NCBI GenBank assembly: GCA_963692865.2 | Contig: OY843592.1 | Coordinates: 224,001-288,000 of the forward strand | Origin: a bacterium | Lineage (GTDB): Bacteria; UBA8248 | Length of the DNA stretch: 64,000 nucleotides | Reading direction: 5' to 3' | Shown: piece by piece, positions 59,387 to 64,000 of the stretch | Numbering within the stretch: the stretch's first letter is position 1 | Layout of the letters: every line of letters starts with the position of its first letter | The notes under the pieces: generated by a model | The model's database searches: none | What the model saw: only the letters and a program-made list of their open reading frames with translations | What the model was told of the DNA's origin: nothing | Program-made: the position numbers and the translations under genes

Positions 59387-60397
59387 TTATTTCTTTCTCT
59401 TCGCTTCACGGATGTGCTTGGTCATGAAGGCGCGGTATTTCTTCTGGTCCTTGAACACCTTCTCCCAGTTCGCATACAGCGGCTTGAAGGGATAGGGAAT
59501 GCCCTTCACGTGCGGCACGTCCGAGCGCGCGGAGTTGATCTTCACGTTCTGGGTGATGACCGTCTGGCCCTCCTTGGAGAGGATCCAGCGGTACACCCGC
59601 TCCGCGTTCTTGGGGTTCGGGCCGTCCTTGATCATCCCGAACGAAGCGGGGATGACCGGCGTGCCCTCCTTCATCTTGGCGATCTTGATCTTGGCGCCCT
59701 TGTTGATGCGGCGGATCGCGATGTACTCGAACACCATCGTCACGTCGCGCTCGCCGGTGGCGACGCGCTCTGTGGAGGCGCCCATGCGCGACTGCACCAG
59801 CGCGCCGTTATAGAGCAGACCCTTGATGTATTTCTCGCCGAAACCATCCGCGCCGTAGAAGAAATCCCAGAGGCCCGCGGACTGGAACGGGTCGACGAGC
59901 ACGAGGCGGTTCTTCCATTTGGGCTGCGTGAGTTCGGCGAAGCTCGTCGGCGCCTCGCCGGGCTTCACGTTGTCGGTGTTGTAGATGACTTGGAGCGTCG
60001 GCGCGCGAAGGCCTACCCACTGGGCTTTTTCGTCCTTGCCCCAGGCCGGGAACTTCTTGGCTTCGGGGAACTGCGTGACGTTCTTCACGTAGCCTCTCTT
60101 GGCGAGATCGTACCAGCCCGGCGTGTAGCTGAAGTGCAACAGGTCGATCTTGCCCTTGCCCACGCTGCGCTCGGCCACGAAACGCTGATACAGGCTGACG
60201 CCGCCCGCGGTGATGGACTGGACCTTGATATCCGGGAATTTCTTCTCGATGCCCTTCACCAGAGTCGCCTGCGCGGCGGTGGTGAGCGAGGAGTAGAAGA
60301 CGAGGTTGGCTTTTTGCGCCACGGCAGCGTGAGACGTGAACGCCACGAACCCGGCGATGAGCGAAATCACGAGAATCGACTTGATGGATCGTTTCAT
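59387..60397 (-). CDS. ABC transporter substrate-binding protein
   Basis: Signal peptide; VIYNT...P.SFAELT.PKWK, WILSKEGQ. Confidence 0.9.
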   Translation of the reverse strand: MKRSIKSILVISLIAGFVAFTSHAAVAQKANLVFYSSLTTAAQATLVKGIEKKFPDIKVQSITAGGVSLYQRFVAERSVGKGKIDLLHFSYTPGWYDLAKRGYVKNVTQFPEAKKFPAWGKDEKAQWVGLRAPTLQVIYNTDNVKPGEAPTSFAELTQPKWKNRLVLVDPFQSAGLWDFFYGADGFGEKYIKGLLYNGALVQSRMGASTERVATGERDVTMVFEYIAIRRINKGAKIKIAKMKEGTPVIPASFGMIKDGPNPKNAERVYRWILSKEGQTVITQNVKINSARSDVPHVKGIPYPFKPLYANWEKVFKDQKKYRAFMTKHIREAKRKK

Positions 60398-60662
60398 GTT
60401 GTCTCTCCTTGATGGTGAAACGGATTTCCCCACGAACAAGTCTGACGAGAACTCATTCGCTGCGAGTTTTTCCGGCGCTGCTACGCTCCTGCTCTCTCAA
60501 GTTTTACGCATGAGTTCATTAGAGCAGGTTCGGGGGAGTCGGTCAAACCATCTCCGGGGCAGACGAGCGAGGCCGCGCCGGACGAAAGAGTACGTTGAAA
60601 AAGTACAGATCAACGAGATTTGGACTCGTACAATGAAAGAGCAGGATTCACTCCCCCTTGAG

Positions 60663-60922
60663 GGGGCTGTTGAAAAAGCCCTTGCGGGCCGGTCGGGATC
60701 TCACCGTAGGGGCCGCATATTATGCGGCCCTCCCCGTTCGATATGCGGGTCGCATGATATGCGACCCCTACGTCAGGCTCACGACCAGAACGACAGGCGA
60801 GGGCGGACACACAGGTCCTCCCCTACAGAACCATTGTGTCTCGCGTAGCCGGACAGGCGCAGGAGCCTGTCCGGGGACCTGTGTGTCCGCCCGACCCCGG
60901 AACAGGCTTTTTCAACAACCCC
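60663..60922. mobile_element. MITE-like element with 18-bp inverted ends enclosing REP-like hairpins
   Basis: GGGGCTGTTGAAAAAGCC (60663-60680) and GGCTTTTTCAACAACCCC (60905-60922) match 17/18. Confidence 0.7.
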
Positions 60923-62340
60923 TAAAGGTCGGGTTTTCTTTTCCGCCATTCGGGGGTTGCTTCCTCGTAGGCGTGGCCGACCCGGAACCCGCGCGCCTCA
61001 TCGCCGGGGCGGGTCGTGATCTGCATCGCCATGGGGAGTCCGTGCGCCGTATCGAAGCCCGTGGGAACCATCAGCCCGGGGAAGCCGAGAAAGTTCTGCA
61101 CCCCCGTGAGGTTGCGCCCCAGGCCGATGAAGTCCACTTCCTTTCCGTTTACGCTCGCCGTGGTCGTCTCCACGGGCGCGGCGAGGCAGGGGTAGCCGGG
61201 CGAGAGCATGGCGTCGTAAGGCTTCATGAGGTCGAGCATCCGGCGGGTGATCACCTTGCGGTGGTTCACCGCGTCGATATAGGTCGCCAGCGTGGTTTTC
61301 TCGGCGTTGGCAATTCTTTCTTGTAAGCGCACTCCGTAGCCTTGCGGGTTGTCGCGGTAGCGCTCGCCGTGGACGCGGTAGAATTCCGCGTCCGCGATGG
61401 CCCGGCGGTGGGGGTTGATCTCCCCCGCGAAGGGACAGGGCGCCTCTTCGACCTCCGCGCCCAGCCCGCGCAGCGCGTCGAGCGCCGCCTCGAACGCCTC
61501 CACGATGGGCGCATCGATCTCGACGTCGATCAGATCGCTAGAGACCATGAAGCGCATGCCGCCGACGCCCTTCTCCAGGCCAGCGGAAAAATCGGGCGTT
61601 TCCATCCCGGCGGAGAACGGGTCGGCCGCGTCGTAGCCCGCTATCGCCTGGAGCAGCAAAGCGCAATCGCGCACCGTTCGCGTCAGGGGCCCCACGTGGT
61701 CGAGGCTCGTCGCATTGGGATACACGCCGCGCAGGCTGATGCGTCCGTAGGTCGGTTTCAGGCCCACCACGCCGCAGATCGCCGCAGGCCCCCGCACGGA
61801 GCCCCCGGTATCGGTGCCGAGCGCCCCGGGCGCCATGCGGGCGGCGACCGCGGCGCCCGATCCGCCGCTCGAACCCGCGGGCACGCGGGAGACGTCCCAG
61901 GGGTTGCGGCACGCCCCGTGGTGGGGATTCTTGGTGGCCGATTCGGCGGCGAACTCCGCCGTGTTGCACTTGCCGATCATCACGGCGCCCGCCTCGCGGA
62001 GCCGCCGGACGCATTCGGCGTCCTGCGCCGGCACGTTGTCCCGGAAAAAACTCGAACCCTGCGTGGTGCGCACGCCCGCCGTGTCGATGATGTCCTTGAC
62101 GCCGACCGGCACGCCGTGCAGCGGCCCGCGAATCCTGCCCGCCACGATTTCTTCTTCGGCCGCCTTCGCCTCGGCGCGCGCCCGCTCGTGCGCGACGGTG
62201 GTGAACGCGTTCAGGACCGGGTTCAAGGCGTCGATGCGCGCCAAGTGCGCTTCGGTCACTTCGACGGGGGACAGTTCTCGGCAAGCGATTTTTTCCGACA
62301 AATCACCGATCGTGAGATCGTAGATTTCGGTTGCACTCAT
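60922..62340 (-). CDS. Amidase-signature family amidase
   Basis: GVKD, GSSGGS, GTDTGGSVR, GLKPT. Confidence 0.93.
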   Translation of the reverse strand: MSATEIYDLTIGDLSEKIACRELSPVEVTEAHLARIDALNPVLNAFTTVAHERARAEAKAAEEEIVAGRIRGPLHGVPVGVKDIIDTAGVRTTQGSSFFRDNVPAQDAECVRRLREAGAVMIGKCNTAEFAAESATKNPHHGACRNPWDVSRVPAGSSGGSGAAVAARMAPGALGTDTGGSVRGPAAICGVVGLKPTYGRISLRGVYPNATSLDHVGPLTRTVRDCALLLQAIAGYDAADPFSAGMETPDFSAGLEKGVGGMRFMVSSDLIDVEIDAPIVEAFEAALDALRGLGAEVEEAPCPFAGEINPHRRAIADAEFYRVHGERYRDNPQGYGVRLQERIANAEKTTLATYIDAVNHRKVITRRMLDLMKPYDAMLSPGYPCLAAPVETTTASVNGKEVDFIGLGRNLTGVQNFLGFPGLMVPTGFDTAHGLPMAMQITTRPGDEARGFRVGHAYEEATPEWRKRKPDL

Positions 62341-62632
62341 TCTCATATCCTCGATTGAGTGTGGATGACCTGATGAACGAGAAATTCCGGTCTTCCGGGC
62401 GATGCCATGCGCCATTATTCGGGCCAAACATCTTAACAGGTTTCGGGAGCGGGGCTAAGGAGCCTGGCACATCAGCCGCTTTTCCGCTTGCCTCATCCGG
62501 CCAGAGAGAGACCTCCCGCGGTTCGGCGCGCAGGCCAAAAGTGCTAGGATGATTTCTCGTTTCCATCAATCTTATAGAGAGCGTCCCCCGGCGAAGACCG
62601 GGCGGCCTCATCACCCAGCAAAGGAGCGCGTC

Positions 62633-63808
62633 ATGCCGGAAGCACCCGCCAACACCCGATGGTTCACCTATTTCCCCGAGGATTACCGCTGGTCCTCGGG
62701 CGTCGTGAACTGCCTCTCCGTGGCCCCCTGGGGCGGAGCCGATATCGGCGAGGTCGACCAGGTGGGCAGGCGGCTCAGGAAAGACGTCGGCAACGACGCG
62801 CTCTGGTTCCGCGAGTGGGTGCGCATGGCGAACAAGGTGCGCGATTCAGGGCTTGAGGCGGAGGAGAAAAAACACCGACTGAGCGCCGCCTACCACCACA
62901 AGCGCGCGGCGATGTACTACCAGATCGGGGAGCGCTTCCGTACGCCCAAGGACAAGCGGGCGAAAGACGCCTACAAGCTCGCGCTCGACAGCTTCCTGCG
63001 CTTCACGAAGCTCACCGACGCGCCCCGAATCGAGCGCGTGGAAGTGCCGTATGAGAACGGCGTGAACCTGCCGGGGTATTTCGTCCACGCGCAGAACACG
63101 AAAAAGGCCAGGCCGCCCGTCGTCGTCTACTTCGACGGGCTCGACATCACGAAGGAGATTCAATACCTGAGGGGCGTCGAGGAATTCGTGCGGCGCGGCA
63201 TGAGTTGCCTGGTCATGGACGGGCCGGGAACGGGCGAGGCCATAAGATTCCGCGAGCAATACCTCCGGCCCGACTATGAAGTCGCAGGCGCCGCCGCTCT
63301 CGATTATCTGGAGACGCGCGGGGACGTGAACGCGCGCAAGGCCGCCGTAATCGGCATCAGCCTGGGCGGTTACTACGCGCCTCGCATCGCCAGCATGGAG
63401 AGGCGCTACAAGGCGTGCGTCGCCTGGGGGGCGTGCTGGGATTACCACGCGACGTGGAAAAAGCGCGTCGCCGCCTCGATGCAGACGGAACTCTCCGTGC
63501 CGGGACACCACATCCTGTGGATTTTCAACACCAGGAATTTCGAGGACACCTTCGAGAAACTCGAAGGCTTTCGTCTCGACGGCGTGGTGCAGAAGATGCG
63601 GTGCCCGTTCCTGCTCACCCACGGAATCGACGACAAGCAGGTGCCCACGCGCGACGCGCGCAAGCTGTTCAATGCCGTGGGCTCGAAGGACAAGACGCTC
63701 AAGATATTCACCGTCAGGGAGGGCGGCTCCCAGCACTGCCAGCGCGACAACCTCTCGCTCGGCGTGACCTACATCGCGGATTGGCTGATGGAGAAGCTCA
63801 GGCCGTGA
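62633..63808 (+). CDS. Alpha/beta hydrolase (2,6-dihydroxypseudooxynicotine hydrolase/FrsA-like)
   Basis: GLDITKE, DGPGTGE, GISLGG nucleophile elbow, D and HC. Confidence 0.85.
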   Translation: MPEAPANTRWFTYFPEDYRWSSGVVNCLSVAPWGGADIGEVDQVGRRLRKDVGNDALWFREWVRMANKVRDSGLEAEEKKHRLSAAYHHKRAAMYYQIGERFRTPKDKRAKDAYKLALDSFLRFTKLTDAPRIERVEVPYENGVNLPGYFVHAQNTKKARPPVVVYFDGLDITKEIQYLRGVEEFVRRGMSCLVMDGPGTGEAIRFREQYLRPDYEVAGAAALDYLETRGDVNARKAAVIGISLGGYYAPRIASMERRYKACVAWGACWDYHATWKKRVAASMQTELSVPGHHILWIFNTRNFEDTFEKLEGFRLDGVVQKMRCPFLLTHGIDDKQVPTRDARKLFNAVGSKDKTLKIFTVREGGSQHCQRDNLSLGVTYIADWLMEKLRP

Positions 63809-63850
63809 GGTCAGACCCGACCGGGGAGAGAGGGGTTCGACGGTTTTGGT

Positions 63851-63990
63851 CGTCATTCCGGCGCATGCCGGAATCCAGAGCCGATGAGGATGAAGAGACA
63901 GGGCATTTCATGGCCTCTCATTGAAACGAATCCGAAGAGCAAAAAGACAAAGGCCGAAACCCCTGGATTCCGGCATGCGCCGGAATGACG
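63851..63990. repeat. CGTCATTCCGGC-x4-GCCGGAATCC inverted-pair element
   Basis: Arms at 63851-63878 and 63963-63990. Confidence 0.8.
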
Positions 63991-64000
63991 GCGCAAAAGC

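Overview
High-GC bacterial chromosomal window with low-GC accessory patches. Positions 1-6.7 kb form a decaying defence/cargo island: an HsdR-N-like nuclease, a BglII/BstYI-like R-M pair, a frameshifted PD-(D/E)XK gene, a solitary integron attC with a nuclease cassette, an IS256 relic cutting a TIR gene, and a trypsin-like lipoprotein. Positions 7-16.4 kb form a surface module: a subtilisin-like lipoprotein, an all-in-one hybrid kinase/OmpR-type regulator, and a large autotransporter-like adhesin whose 5' end holds (CCGAACT)x20 and appears phase-OFF. The rest is metabolic and housekeeping DNA (yqeC, XDH-family Mo subunit, thiL/thiE, serS, two tRNA-Ser, higBA, recR-ybaB-dnaX, SRP RNA, fhs, an ABC transporter and hydrolases), dense in REP/MITE-like repeats. 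The main result is three genes split in the ORF track by in-frame TGA codons that sit exactly at catalytic Cys positions, each followed by a SECIS-like hairpin. They are an AhpD-like protein with a double-Sec UxxU motif (25195-25794) and an adjacent pair, OsmC-like(U) (44000-44563) plus DUF442-like sulfurtransferase/phosphatase(U) (44585-45046). These are probably unannotated selenoproteins. No selA/selB/selC/selD gene is visible in this window. All calls come from motif reading by eye; no searches were run.
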